A DNA stretch of 64,000 nucleotides from an uncultured Gemmatimonadales bacterium (GCA_963816355.1 CAWFKH010000003.1:224001-288000); one strand, 5' to 3'; numbered from the stretch's first letter, positions 1 to 12,969 are shown. The notes: a model not told the origin generated them from the sequence alone. Made by a program: numbers and translations.

Positions 1-243
1 CGCGTCACCGAGCGCGCCCGCGAGATCCTGCGCGAGCTGGAGGGGAGCCACGCCGTCGGCGGCCGCGGACTCGGCCGCGCGGGCGCGCACGCCCCGGCCG
101 CGGTCGCTCCGGCCGACCAGCTCTCCTTCTTCGTCCCCGCGGAGTCCGCGGTCCTGCGCCGCCTGCACGAGCTCGAGATCGAGGGCCTCACGCCGCTCCA
201 GGCGCTCAACCTGCTCGCCGAGCTGAAGGCCGCCGCGGAGTAG
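1..243 (+). CDS. mutS: DNA mismatch repair protein MutS, C-terminal end (partial)
   Basis: Frame 1 reads RAREILRELE...QLSFF...LTPLQALNLLAELK, typical of the MutS tail; TAG at 241-243. Confidence 0.85.
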   Translation, partial: RVTERAREILRELEGSHAVGGRGLGRAGAHAPAAVAPADQLSFFVPAESAVLRRLHELEIEGLTPLQALNLLAELKAAAE

Positions 244-278
244 CTCCGCCCCGCTGCCGCGGGTTACCTTCCCCCGAG

Positions 279-676
279 ATGACGCGAGTGCGACGAACCG
301 GAATGAGACTTCTGACGCTGTGCGCCATCCTGCTCGCCGCGTGCGGCGGCGACGACGCCGCGGTGCGCGAGCCGGTGCCGCTGGCGGAGCCGTCGCAGGT
401 GATCCGCTATCCGATCGCCGCGTGGGACGCGCGCAGGGAAGGGGACACCGTCCTCATGGTGCACGTCACGGAAGGAGGCGACGTGGACAGCAGCTACGTC
501 GCGGTGCCGAGCGGTCAGCCAGACCTCGATTCGGCGGCCAGCGCGGGGGTGCGCCGCCTGCGCTTCGCGCCCGCGCAACGCGGCCGAGCGCCGATCGCGC
601 GCTGGGTGCGCCTGCCGATCCGGTTCCACCGCGGCGGCGGCGGGGACGCCGCTCCTCCGGCGGGGACGAGCCCCTC

Positions 677-680
<4 letters not shown>
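279..680 (+). CDS. TonB C-terminal domain lipoprotein
   Basis: YP..A....EG...LMVHV...G.V...SG...LD..A...RFAPA motif; lipobox LAAC; start could be ATG 303. Confidence 0.75.
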
Positions 681-3173
<2,493 letters not shown>

Positions 3174-3182
3174 ATAGCCGAC

Positions 3183-4019
3183 ATGTATCTCCCGTTCGGC
3201 TTCTCGCTCACCCCCTGGGTCAAGCGGCTCATCGTCCTCAACGGGGCGGTGTTCCTGCTGACGTCGCTCGTCCCCGCGCTCGTGCCCTACCTGGCGTTCG
3301 TGCCGGCGGCGACGCTACGGCAGCCGTGGACCCTCGTGACGTACATGTTCGTCCACGGCGGCTTCTGGCACATCTTCTTCAACATGATCGGCCTCTTCTT
3401 CTTCGGGCCGCCGCTCGAGTCGCGCTGGGGGTCGAACGAGTTCCTGAAGTACTACACGATCTGCGGCCTCGGCGGCGCCGCCTTCTCCTTCGTCTTCGCG
3501 CCGCACGCGGCGGTGATCGGCGCTTCCGCGGCGATCTTCGGCGTCATGCTCGCCTTCGCCATGAACTGGCCGGACGCGCCGATCTACATCTGGGGCATCC
3601 TCCCGATCAAGGCGAAGTGGCTGGTCGCGATCCTCGTCGGCATGCAGTTCTTCAGCGTGATCAGCGGACAGGGCGGGGGGATCGCCTATTTCGCGCACCT
3701 CGGCGGCTTCGTCGTCGGCTTCCTCTACCTGAAGTGGGACCCGGCGCGGCACGGCGCATCGCTGGGATCCGGGTCGGGCGGCCGGGCGTGGCTGGAGAAG
3801 CTGCGTCAGAGCGGCGGCGCTTCGCGTCGTTTGACGCTACACCGCCGTGATGCGCCGGGCGCGCCCGCCGCGCAGGCGCCCCGGCGTCGTGCCGAGGACC
3901 ACGTGCTCGACGACCTCGACCGCGTCCTCGACAAGATCAGCGAGGAAGGGATGGCCAGCCTGTCGCCGGAGGAGCGCAGGCTGCTCGACGAGGTGAGCCG
4001 GCGCTACCGGCAGAACTGA
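3183..4019 (+). CDS. Rhomboid family intramembrane serine protease
   Basis: HIFFNM, GASAA, AHLGG motifs; C-terminal LDKIS..G..SLS..E. Confidence 0.9.
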   Translation: MYLPFGFSLTPWVKRLIVLNGAVFLLTSLVPALVPYLAFVPAATLRQPWTLVTYMFVHGGFWHIFFNMIGLFFFGPPLESRWGSNEFLKYYTICGLGGAAFSFVFAPHAAVIGASAAIFGVMLAFAMNWPDAPIYIWGILPIKAKWLVAILVGMQFFSVISGQGGGIAYFAHLGGFVVGFLYLKWDPARHGASLGSGSGGRAWLEKLRQSGGASRRLTLHRRDAPGAPAAQAPRRRAEDHVLDDLDRVLDKISEEGMASLSPEERRLLDEVSRRYRQN

Positions 4020-4090
4020 TCCGCGAAGCCGCGCCGCGCGGGAGGCTCGCCGGCGCGGCGGATGTTCCACACACACAACCAGGAGTCGCC

Positions 4091-4495
4091 ATGCGCGCAC
4101 ATCGTCTCGCTCCGCTCCTCGTCGCGTTCGCCGTCGGGGCGTGCGCCAGCGCCGGGGCGTCGGGCACTCGCACCCACGGGAACCGCAACCTCATCACGCA
4201 CGAGGAGATCGCGGCGGCGCACCTCTCTTCGGCGCAGGACCTGGTCGAGCACCTGCGCCCGAGCTGGATGCGGAGCCGCAACGAGATCTCCACCATGGGC
4301 GACGGCTCGGCCGACCCGGTCGCGATCCGTCCGGCCGTCTTTCTCGACGGCCAGCACTTCGGCGAGTTCGAGGCGCTGAGGCGCGTCGACGCGGCGACCG
4401 TCGAGGAGATCCATTACCTGAGCGGCGCCGAGGCCACGATGCGCTACGGCGCCGGCTACCCGGCGGGCGTGATCGAAGTCGTGACCGTCCACTGA
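4091..4495 (+). CDS. Lipoprotein with TonB-dependent receptor plug-like domain
   Basis: Lipobox VGAC; LITHEEI...ATMRYG...GVIEV resembles plug-domain motifs. Confidence 0.6.
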   Translation: MRAHRLAPLLVAFAVGACASAGASGTRTHGNRNLITHEEIAAAHLSSAQDLVEHLRPSWMRSRNEISTMGDGSADPVAIRPAVFLDGQHFGEFEALRRVDAATVEEIHYLSGAEATMRYGAGYPAGVIEVVTVH

Positions 4496-4559
4496 CGCGG
4501 CTGCGGCGGTCGGCCCGCGCAAGGCCGGCACCAGGCCACGCCGGCCGCCGCTCCGCTGC

Positions 4560-4589
4560 TTGACATCGTCGAATCCGCTTCCGTACGTT
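4560..4589 (+). promoter_or_regulatory. Sigma70-like promoter of the EF-G gene
   Basis: TTGACA-18 nt-TACGTT, followed by AAGGAG/GGAGG SD before ATG 4638. Confidence 0.55.
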
Positions 4590-4637
4590 GCCGGTCCTGC
4601 AATACCCCCCTTTCCCACCTCCATAAGGAGGGAGGCA

Positions 4638-6743
4638 ATGTCCGCGGCAAGGGAGTACCGGACGGAGCAGATTCGCAACGTGGCCATACTCGGGCACGGC
4701 GGGTCGGGCAAGACCTCGCTGATCGATGCCCTTTGCTTCGTGGGCGGCACCGCGCACCGGCACGGCGGCGTGGCGGAGGGCACGGCGCTCACCATGTACA
4801 CGGACGAGGAGGTCGAGCACGGGATCTCGATGCAGGTGTCGCCCGCCTACACGGAGTGGAACGACTGCAAGATCAACCTGCTCGACACCCCCGGCTACCT
4901 CGACTTCACGGGAGACGCGATCGCCGCCGCGAGGGTTGCCGACGGCGCTGTAATCGTCCTCGGCGCCACCCACGGCGTCGAGGTCGGCACGGAGATCGTC
5001 TGGGAATACTGCTCGAAACGCGGAATTCCCAGACTTTTTTTCGTCTCCATGATGGACAAGGATCACGCCGACTTCGACGACGTCTACGCCGACATCCGCG
5101 AGCACCTCACGGAGAAGGTCGTGCCGGTCGAGATCCCGATCGGCTCCGGTGACGCCTTCCACGGCATCATCAACCTCTTCAGCGGCCGCGCCCACCTCTA
5201 CACCCCCGGTACGCTCCACGGCGAGTACGAGGAGACCGACATCCCGGACGAGCTGCGCGAGAAGTTCCAGCGCTGGCGCACGGAGCTGCTGGAGACGATC
5301 GCGACCACCGACGACTCGCTCCTCGAGAAGTACCTCGAGGGCGGCGAGATCGACCGCGACCAGGCGATCTCCGCGATGCGCGCCGCGATGCAGAAGGGCG
5401 AGCTGTTCCCGCTCTTCTGCGGCGCGCCGCAGAAGACGTGGGGCACGCGCGCGCTGCTCTCGAAGCTGTGCCAGCTGGTCCCGAATCCCGCCGAAGCCGC
5501 GCCGGAGAAGATCGAGCGGCCGGGGATCAAGGAGACGATCACGCTCGCGCCGAAGGACGACGCCCCCTTCGCCGCGCTCGTCTTCAAGACCTCCTCCGAG
5601 CCGCACGTGGGCGAGCTCAGCTACTTCCGCGTCTTCACCGGCGAGGTGCTCACGGGGCAGGAGGTGCAGAACGCGAGTCGCAACGCGAGCGAGAAGCTCG
5701 CCCACCTCTCGATCCCGCTCGGCAAGGAGCGGCTCGAAGTCAGCCGCCTGCACGCCGGCGACATCGGCGTCGTCGCGAAGCTGAAGGACACCCACACCGG
5801 CGACACGCTGTGCGACGCGCGCCGGCCCGTCCGCCTCGATGGCGTCGACTTCCCGGAGCCCGACATCGCGATGGCGGTGCACGGCCTCACGCGCACCGAC
5901 GAGGACAAGATCGGCACCGCGCTCGCCAAGCTGCACGAGGAGGACCCCACCTTCCGCTTCGGCTACGATCCGGACCTCAAGCAGACGATCATCCGCGGCC
6001 TCGGCGAGCTCCACCTCGACGTCCAGCTCGAGCGGCTGCGTCGCAAGTTCGGCGTTCAGGCCGAGACGGAGGAGCCGCGCATCGCCTACCGCGAGACGAT
6101 CCGCCGCACCGCCGAGGCGCAGGGTCGCCACAAGAAGCAGAGCGGTGGCCACGGCCAGTTCGGCGACTGCTGGGTCCGCCTCAAGCCCGCCGCCCGCGAC
6201 TCCGGCTACGAGTTCGTCGACCGCATCGTCGGAGGCGTGATCCCCGGCAAGTTCATCCCCTCCGTCGACAAGGGAATCCAGGAGGCGGCCGGTCGCGGCA
6301 TCGTCGCCGGCTACCCCGTCGTCGACTTCGTCGCCGAGTGCTACGACGGCTCCTACCACAGCGTCGACTCGAGCGACATCGCCTTTCAGATCTCCGGCTC
6401 GATGGCGTTCCAGCGCGCCGCCGCCGACGCCGCGCCCGTCCTCCTCGAGCCGGTCATGGAGATCGAGGTGCTCGCCCCCGAGGAGTTCACCGGCGACATC
6501 ATCGGCGACCTCAACCAGCGCCGCGGCAAGATCCTCGGCATGATGCCGGAGGGGCGCAAGACGCGCGTGCGCGCGCTCGTGCCGCAGGCCGAGCTCTACA
6601 AGTACGCGACGACGCTGCGCTCCCTCACCCAGGGCCGCGGCTTCCACAGCCGCTCGTTCCACGGGTACGAGGATGTGCCGGCGCACGTCGCGCAGCAGGT
6701 GGTCGCCGAGAGCCGCAAGGGGAAGGAGGCGGCCACGGCGTGA
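4638..6743 (+). CDS. fusA: Elongation factor G paralog (EF-G2-like)
   Basis: GHGGSGKTSL, DTPG, KKQSGGHGQFG, DGSYHSVDSS; switch I reads HGISM rather than RGITI; not in an rpsL-rpsG operon. Confidence 0.9.
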   Translation: MSAAREYRTEQIRNVAILGHGGSGKTSLIDALCFVGGTAHRHGGVAEGTALTMYTDEEVEHGISMQVSPAYTEWNDCKINLLDTPGYLDFTGDAIAAARVADGAVIVLGATHGVEVGTEIVWEYCSKRGIPRLFFVSMMDKDHADFDDVYADIREHLTEKVVPVEIPIGSGDAFHGIINLFSGRAHLYTPGTLHGEYEETDIPDELREKFQRWRTELLETIATTDDSLLEKYLEGGEIDRDQAISAMRAAMQKGELFPLFCGAPQKTWGTRALLSKLCQLVPNPAEAAPEKIERPGIKETITLAPKDDAPFAALVFKTSSEPHVGELSYFRVFTGEVLTGQEVQNASRNASEKLAHLSIPLGKERLEVSRLHAGDIGVVAKLKDTHTGDTLCDARRPVRLDGVDFPEPDIAMAVHGLTRTDEDKIGTALAKLHEEDPTFRFGYDPDLKQTIIRGLGELHLDVQLERLRRKFGVQAETEEPRIAYRETIRRTAEAQGRHKKQSGGHGQFGDCWVRLKPAARDSGYEFVDRIVGGVIPGKFIPSVDKGIQEAAGRGIVAGYPVVDFVAECYDGSYHSVDSSDIAFQISGSMAFQRAAADAAPVLLEPVMEIEVLAPEEFTGDIIGDLNQRRGKILGMMPEGRKTRVRALVPQAELYKYATTLRSLTQGRGFHSRSFHGYEDVPAHVAQQVVAESRKGKEAATA

Positions 6744-6794
6744 GGTGCGCCGCCGCGCCGGCGTGAGCGCGGCAGGGTCGATGAGGTGGGAAGG

Positions 6795-6823
6795 GGGGCG
6801 GCGCTTCGGGCAAGCGCCGCCCC
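6795..6823. terminator. GC hairpin between convergent genes
   Basis: GGGGCGGCGCTT-cgggc-AAGCGCCGCCCC perfect stem; no clear U tract. Confidence 0.5.
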
Positions 6824-6830
6824 TCCTGCT

Positions 6831-7766
6831 TCAGGACTCCAGGTACCTGCGGAACCAGGCGATCGTGAGCGGCCACGCCTGGCGGCTCGCCGCCATGTTG
6901 GCGCCGTCCCGCCCGCTCTGCTGGCGCAGGAAGCCGTGGCCGGCGTCCTCGAAGAAGTGCGGCTCGTACACCTTGCCGAGCGCCTTCATCGTCGAGTCCG
7001 CGCCCGGCACGGTCGCGCCGACTCGCGCGTCGGCGCCGCCGTAGAGGCCGAGCACCGGCGCACGCACGCGCGCGAGCGACTCCGACTTCGGCGAGGTACC
7101 GTAGTAGACGACGGCGGCGGAGAGGTCCGGTGCGGCGACGGCGTGCGCGAACGTCGTCGTGCCGCCCCAGCAGAAGCCGACAATGCCGTACTTCTGCGTC
7201 GCCGCCGGCAGCTTCATCGCCCACGCCGCGACGGCGCGCAGGTCGCGCTGCACCGCGTCGCGGTCGAGCGTGCGGATCGCGGCGACCGCCGCCTGCGCGT
7301 CGGCGGACCCGTCGGGCGCGGTCGGCACGTCCTTCATCGTGAGCAGGTCCGGCGCGACGGCGATGAAGCCCTGCGCGGCGACGTCGTCCGCCACGGCGCG
7401 CACCCAGTTCGACATGCCGAAGATCTCGTGCACGACGAGCACGACCGGCGCCTTCGTGGCGCGCTCCGGATAGACGACCCACGCGCGCACGCTGTCGGCG
7501 GGGCCGGTGCGGATCGTCACCCACTCGCCGTGCCGCGGCGACGCCGCGAGGCGCGCTTCCGCGCCCTCGGCGTCCGGCGGCAGCGTCGGCTCCTGGCGGA
7601 CGGCCGCCGCGGCGCCGGCCGCGCCCGCGGCCGCCGCGCCGGTCCGTGCGGCCTGCGCGCCGGCCTGCGCGGCGCGCGCTTCGGGCGCGGGGTGCTTCAG
7701 GTACGCCGCGAGCGTGAAGACGACGGCGCCGGCCGCGAACAGCCGGATGGCGGTGCGAAACGTCAT
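6831..7766 (-). CDS. Dienelactone hydrolase family protein (exported)
   Basis: VHEIFG, GFCWGG nucleophile, AGHGF. Confidence 0.9.
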   Translation of the reverse strand: MTFRTAIRLFAAGAVVFTLAAYLKHPAPEARAAQAGAQAARTGAAAAGAAGAAAAVRQEPTLPPDAEGAEARLAASPRHGEWVTIRTGPADSVRAWVVYPERATKAPVVLVVHEIFGMSNWVRAVADDVAAQGFIAVAPDLLTMKDVPTAPDGSADAQAAVAAIRTLDRDAVQRDLRAVAAWAMKLPAATQKYGIVGFCWGGTTTFAHAVAAPDLSAAVVYYGTSPKSESLARVRAPVLGLYGGADARVGATVPGADSTMKALGKVYEPHFFEDAGHGFLRQQSGRDGANMAASRQAWPLTIAWFRRYLES

Positions 7767-7860
7767 CGGTCTCTCCCCTCGATTGTGCGACGTGCGGCCG
7801 TCGCGTTCGGTCCCGGCGGCACGCCCACCGGCACGCCCACCGGCACGCCCACCGGCGCGC

Positions 7861-9600
7861 TCAGCGGCTCCACGCGTCCACTTTCCCCGCCGCCGGGTAG
7901 ACGGGCCGGATGTCGACCGGCACGCGGGTGAGGCGGTCGATCGCCTGCTTCATCTCGGGCCGGATCGCGGCGGCGTACTTCGCGAGCAGGTCGACGGCGT
8001 CCTGATACGATCCGCGTGCCTCCAGCGTGAGAAGCTCGTGGGCGAGCGCGCGGTTCCCCGCGACGAGCGCGGGGAGGTCGGCCGAGAAGCGGGCCGTGGC
8101 GGAGTCGTAGCGGATCGCGCCGCGGTCCCACAGGTAGTTGAACTGCAGCAGGTTCGCCTTGCCGTGCGCCTCAGAGGTGCCGAAGCGAACGGCGCGGAAC
8201 ATGTCGGCGAGGTGGCCGATGTAGGCGCGGCGCACGAAGTCGGCGTCGTAGAGGCCGCGCTCGGCGAGCACGGACATGTCGTGCAGCCCCGTCACGTCCG
8301 CCTTCGCCTCCTCGATCGCGGAGTACTGCTCCTTGAGCGCCTGGTTCACCGTGGTGCGCTGGCCGTTCACGGTGATGAAGCCGGGGCCGAGGCCGTGCGC
8401 CAGCTCGTGCATCAGCACGTTGGTGAACCACGGCTCGAACGCGATCTCGGCGACGAGGGCGGTGTCGAGCACCTCGCGCGCGATCGGCACCAGCGTCTTG
8501 TCGAACTTCGCCTGCGACACGTTGCGCAGCATCACCTTCTTCGACCCCTTCGCCTTCCGCACGCGCTCGTCGTTGGGGAGGTTGAAGGCGATCGTCTGCA
8601 CGCCGCGGCGCGCGTCGCCCGCGGTGAACGCGACGTCGACCACGCGGATCGGGCTCTCGAAGCCGCGGTCCAGGTTCTTGTAGCGGTCCTCGATCGGGAG
8701 CGCGCCCTCCAGCTCGCGCAGGTGGCTCTTCAGCTCGTCCAGCTCCGCGCTCGCCGCCGAGTCCGCGACCGTGATGAAGCTCTCGAACGACGCCTTCAGC
8801 CCGACGAGCTGGTCCTCGTACACCTCGTACGGACCGATCGTCGGCTCGATCGCGCTGCCGTGGATGTCCATCCACGCCAGGTCGCTCGCGTAGTAGTCGT
8901 TCGAGCCGAACGCGTCCGCCCGCTTGTCGAGGAAGTCGGCCAGCGAGGCGTTGTGCGCCCGCGCGATCCCGGCCGCTTCGTGAAGCAGCGCCGCCGCCTT
9001 CGCCAGCGAGTCGCCGTACGCCTGCGAGTACGGCACCGCGACCAGGCTGCTGTCGCCCTGCCGCCGGATCAGCGTCACCGGGCTCGTGAACGCGTCGCGG
9101 TCGCCCGGGTGCGCCTCGATCCACGCCTCGAACTGCTCCTGCGTCAGTCCCTCCGGGTAGAACCCCGCGCCCGGCGGCTTCGGACCCACGTCGAGGAACG
9201 GCTCGTCGTCGCGCAGACGGTCCCACGGCCCCGCCATGATGTCGAAGTAGGCGACGGCGGCGTCCTTGCCCGCGCCGCTCTCCGACGCCAGCCGGCTACG
9301 CCACTCCGGCACCTGCGGCGAGACCTGGATCGCGAAGACGTCGTGCAGCACCTGCGACGCCTCGATCAGCTTCGCCAGCACCTGCCGGTGCCACGGCTCG
9401 AGCTTCGCCTCGTCCACCTCGATCGTGGCGGGCGCGAACTGCGCCACCCGCGACTGCAACTCGGCGGGCGTGATCCCGGGTGCCAGCATCGCGATCGGCT
9501 CTCCATCGGTGGCGGGGGCATCGGCATCGCTCCCGCCGCGCGCGCACGCGGCGAGCGACGGAAGCAGGACGGCGCATGCGGCGATTCGTAGCGGACGCAT
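7861..9600 (-). CDS. Zinc peptidase lipoprotein, dipeptidyl-peptidase III (M49)-like
   Basis: IGPYEVYED, AFNLPND, MHELAHG, EEAKAD; lipobox LAAC after ATG 9600. Confidence 0.8.
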   Translation of the reverse strand: MRPLRIAACAVLLPSLAACARGGSDADAPATDGEPIAMLAPGITPAELQSRVAQFAPATIEVDEAKLEPWHRQVLAKLIEASQVLHDVFAIQVSPQVPEWRSRLASESGAGKDAAVAYFDIMAGPWDRLRDDEPFLDVGPKPPGAGFYPEGLTQEQFEAWIEAHPGDRDAFTSPVTLIRRQGDSSLVAVPYSQAYGDSLAKAAALLHEAAGIARAHNASLADFLDKRADAFGSNDYYASDLAWMDIHGSAIEPTIGPYEVYEDQLVGLKASFESFITVADSAASAELDELKSHLRELEGALPIEDRYKNLDRGFESPIRVVDVAFTAGDARRGVQTIAFNLPNDERVRKAKGSKKVMLRNVSQAKFDKTLVPIAREVLDTALVAEIAFEPWFTNVLMHELAHGLGPGFITVNGQRTTVNQALKEQYSAIEEAKADVTGLHDMSVLAERGLYDADFVRRAYIGHLADMFRAVRFGTSEAHGKANLLQFNYLWDRGAIRYDSATARFSADLPALVAGNRALAHELLTLEARGSYQDAVDLLAKYAAAIRPEMKQAIDRLTRVPVDIRPVYPAAGKVDAWSR

Positions 9601-9843
9601 TCCTCTCCACTCCTCCAGCGGGGGGCGGCGACGACGGTGTGCGGCCGGAAGCATAGGGCGCCGGGACGCCGCCGCGCCAGTCGCGCAACCGCGTAGTCGA
9701 ATCCCCGTCGTCCAGCCCCGCCCCCGGCCGCGGGCTCCGCCCTACGCCCTTCGCGGCGCCCATGGCGCATCTTTCGCGTCGTACGATGCGCGCGCGCGCC
9801 ATCCGGTCGCGCGCGGACTCGTGGCTCGTTAAGGAGGTCGACG

Positions 9844-10272
9844 ATGAACGGATACGAGAGCGCCACCGCCACGGCGGAGCCGACGGCCGGTACGGCGACG
9901 AACGGCGGAGCCGCGAAGGGCGCGACCGCGCCGGACGGGGCGGCCGCGGCGATCGAGCGCATCGCCGAGCGCCTCGGCAGCAGCGCCCGCGCGCGCGCCG
10001 TCTTCGGCGACCCCGTCGCGCGCGACGGGGTGACGGTCATCCCCGTCGCCAAGGCGCGCTGGGGCTTCGGCGGTGGGGCGGGGAAGGGCCGCCGGCCGCA
10101 GGAGGAGGGCGGCGGCGCCGGCGGCGGCATGGCCATCACGCCGGTCGGCTACATCGAGGTGCGCGGCGGCGAGGCGAAGTACCGGCCGGTCTTCGACCTG
10201 GCCCGCGTCATCCCCGGCGGCCTCGTCGGCTTCGCCGTCGCCGCGTGGATCGTCCGGCGCCTCTTCCGCTGA
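9844..10272 (+). CDS. YtfJ/GerW-like protein
   Basis: VFGDPV...TVIPVA...GFGGG...GGGAGGG..TPVGYI; SD AAGGAGG. Confidence 0.7.
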   Translation: MNGYESATATAEPTAGTATNGGAAKGATAPDGAAAAIERIAERLGSSARARAVFGDPVARDGVTVIPVAKARWGFGGGAGKGRRPQEEGGGAGGGMAITPVGYIEVRGGEAKYRPVFDLARVIPGGLVGFAVAAWIVRRLFR

Positions 10273-10560
10273 CCCCCGCCGCGCGGGCGCGCTCCCCGCA
10301 CCCCGGAGCGCGCCCCCGCGGACCCGCGGTGCCACGGACCGGCGGTGCCCACGGACCCGCGGTGCCCCCGCAGACCCCGACCCCCCGCGGACCCGCGGTG
10401 CCCCCGCAGACCCCCGACCCCCCGCAGACCCCCGTACCCCCCGCCGACCCCGTACCCCCGACCCCCCGCAGACCCCCTCCGCAGACCCCAGACCGCTCGC
10501 CTTCCCACGCCCCGCCACGGCCCCGCCCTCCCCTTGCCACGAGCCCTCACCCACCCCCAT
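10273..10560. repeat. C-rich low-complexity repeat tract
   Basis: Multiple CCCCCGCAGACCCC and GGACCCGCGGTGCC units. Confidence 0.7.
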
Positions 10561-10631
10561 CTTCCCCAACATTCGTTTGCTCAACCCAATCATTCTTTGC
10601 TGACGCCGTTCGGAGCAAAGGCCGGTCGACC

Positions 10632-11312
10632 ATGCGCAAACCGTTGGTACGTGAGAGTTTCCTGAGGTATCCGACGAGCACGCTGCTGGGGACGCCGGGG
10701 AGCGTGCGGGTGCTGCGGGAGCTGACGCTGGAGGGGGAGCCGCTGGCGGTGACGGAGCTGGCGGCGCGGACGTCGCTGACGAACCAGGCGGTGCGGAACA
10801 CGGTGGCGGAGCTGGCGGAGGCGGGGGTGGTGAAGGCGCTGGGCGCGGGACGCAGCCGGCTGTACCAGGCGGACGTGAGTCATCCGCTGTACGTGGCGCT
10901 GGGCTCGCTCTTCCACGCGGAGGCGGAGCGTTTCGATACGGTGCGTTCGGCGCTGGTGAGCGCGGCGGAGAACCTGACGCCGCAGCCGCTGGCGGCGTGG
11001 ATCTACGGCGGTGTGGCGCGGGGCGAGGATCGGGCGCACGCGGACGTGGAGGTGGCGCTGGTCGCGGCGGACGACGCGGTGGAGGTGGCGGTGGAGCGGC
11101 TGGAGGCGATGCTGGAGCCGGCGGGCCAGGTGCAGCGGGTGTGGTTCAGCGTGGTGGGGCTGACGCCGTCGGACGTGCGGCGCCTGGCGAAGGGGGACGC
11201 GTGGTGGAGGTCGGCGACGTCGCCGTCGCTCGCGGTGTTCGGGCCGGCGCCGGCGGAGCTCGCGGCGTCGCTGGCGCGGCCGGAGCGGACGCGGCCCACG
11301 TTCGCGCGCTGA
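10632..11312 (+). CDS. Winged HTH plus minimal nucleotidyltransferase-like protein
   Basis: N-terminal HTH (VTELAARTSLTNQAVRNTVAELAEAGVV); IYGGVARGED..HADVEV resembles GS..RG...SDxD. Confidence 0.65.
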   Translation: MRKPLVRESFLRYPTSTLLGTPGSVRVLRELTLEGEPLAVTELAARTSLTNQAVRNTVAELAEAGVVKALGAGRSRLYQADVSHPLYVALGSLFHAEAERFDTVRSALVSAAENLTPQPLAAWIYGGVARGEDRAHADVEVALVAADDAVEVAVERLEAMLEPAGQVQRVWFSVVGLTPSDVRRLAKGDAWWRSATSPSLAVFGPAPAELAASLARPERTRPTFAR

Positions 11313-11381
11313 CGGCGGGCGTCGTCGTCGCGGGGACGGCGGCGTCGTCGTCGCGGGGAAGGTGCTGGAGGTGCGACGCCG

Positions 11382-12770
11382 CTACTCGTTGCGCGAAGGC
11401 GGCTTGGCCACGGAGACCGTCTTCACGTTCACGAACTCGCGGATGCCGATCCAGGAGAGCTCGCGACCGTAGCCGGACTCCTTGACGCCGCCGAAGGGCA
11501 GGCGGGGGTCGGAGGCGACCATGCCGTTGATGAAGACACAGCCGGCGTCGAGCCGGTCGATGAAGCGCTCCTGCTCGGCGGGGTCGTCGCTCCAGGCGGC
11601 GGCGCCGAGGCCGAAGCGGGTGTCGTTGGCGCGCGCGATCGCCTCTTCGAGGTCGCGCACGCGCCAGAGGGAGGCGACGGGGCCGAACAGCTCGTCGGAG
11701 TGGGCGGGGGAGCGGTCGGGGATCGCCTCCAGCACGGTGGCTGGATAGAACCAGCCCTCGCGGTCGGGGGTGTCGCCGCCGAGCAGCAGGGTCGCGCCCG
11801 CGTCGACGGTGCGGCGCACCTGTCGGTGCAGGTCGTCGCGGAGCCGCGCCATCGCGAGCGGGCCGAGATCGGTGTCCTGCTGCATCGGGTCGCCCACGCG
11901 GAGCGCGCGGGCTTTCTCGACGAAGGCGTCGCGGAAGCGGTCGTAGACGTCGGTGTGGACGATGAAGCGCTTTGCCGCGATGCACGACTGGCCGTTGTTG
12001 ATCATGCGCGCCTTGACGGCGGTGTCGAGGGCGGCGTCGAAGTCGGCGCTGGGCATCACGACGAAGGGGTCGCTGCCGCCGAGTTCGAGGACCGTCTTCT
12101 TGATGCGACGTCCGGCCCGCGCCGCGACGGCGCCGCCCGCGGCCACGCTGCCGGTCAGCGTCACGGCGCGGATGCGGGGGTCGTCCAGGACCGTCTCGAC
12201 CGCGTCGTGCTCGACGAGCAGCGCCTGGAACGCGCCCTCGGCGAAGCCGGCGCGGCGGAACACGTCCTCGATCGCGAGCGCGCACTGCGGCACGTTGGCC
12301 GCGTGCTTCAGGAGGGCGACGTTGCCGGCCATGAGCGCGGGCGCGGCGAAGCGGAAGACCTGCCAGAAGGGGAAGTTCCACGGCATGATCGCGAGCACCG
12401 GCCCGAGCGGCTGGCAGCGGACGAAGGCGCGCGCCGCGTCGGTCGCGACCGGCTCGTCCGCGAGCTGACGCTCCGCCTCCTCGGCGTAGTAGCGACACGC
12501 CCACGCGCACTTCTCCGCCTCCGCCACTGCGGCCCCGATCGGCTTTCCCATCTCGAGCGTCATCAGCGCGCCGAGGCGGTCCTTCTCCGTCTCGAGGATC
12601 GCGGCCGCCCGCAGCATCCACGCCGCGCGCTCCGCGAAGCTCGTCGCGCGCAGCGTCTCGAACGCGTGGGCCGCCCGCGCGACGCGGCGCTCGACCTCGG
12701 CGCCCGCGTGCGGCTCGAACTCCCGCACCGTGCGGCCGGTGGCCGGATTGATGGTGGCGATCGACGACAT
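11382..12770 (-). CDS. NAD(P)-dependent succinate-semialdehyde dehydrogenase
   Basis: IMPWNFP, TGS, LELGGSD, NGQSC, ELFGP, PFGGVKESG; ATG at 12770. Confidence 0.9.
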   Translation of the reverse strand: MSSIATINPATGRTVREFEPHAGAEVERRVARAAHAFETLRATSFAERAAWMLRAAAILETEKDRLGALMTLEMGKPIGAAVAEAEKCAWACRYYAEEAERQLADEPVATDAARAFVRCQPLGPVLAIMPWNFPFWQVFRFAAPALMAGNVALLKHAANVPQCALAIEDVFRRAGFAEGAFQALLVEHDAVETVLDDPRIRAVTLTGSVAAGGAVAARAGRRIKKTVLELGGSDPFVVMPSADFDAALDTAVKARMINNGQSCIAAKRFIVHTDVYDRFRDAFVEKARALRVGDPMQQDTDLGPLAMARLRDDLHRQVRRTVDAGATLLLGGDTPDREGWFYPATVLEAIPDRSPAHSDELFGPVASLWRVRDLEEAIARANDTRFGLGAAAWSDDPAEQERFIDRLDAGCVFINGMVASDPRLPFGGVKESGYGRELSWIGIREFVNVKTVSVAKPPSRNE

Positions 12771-12969
12771 GGGCTCCCCCGTCCGCTGCGAGACTCTCCG
12801 TGCGCGCGCCGCTGTTCCGCGCGGCCGGCTCCCCCACTCGCGAGGCAGGAGGCATACCAGCGGCGCAGGCCGGTCGCCGCCCGGCGGGCGCTCCCCTCCC
12901 GGGACAGAAGGCATACCAGCGGCGCAGGCCGGCGGCAAGCGCAGGCCGGCGGCAAGCGCAGGCCGTTCC

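Noticed and set aside
7816..7856. 12-bp tandem repeat CGGCACGCCCAC
   Set aside because: Short VNTR with no evident function
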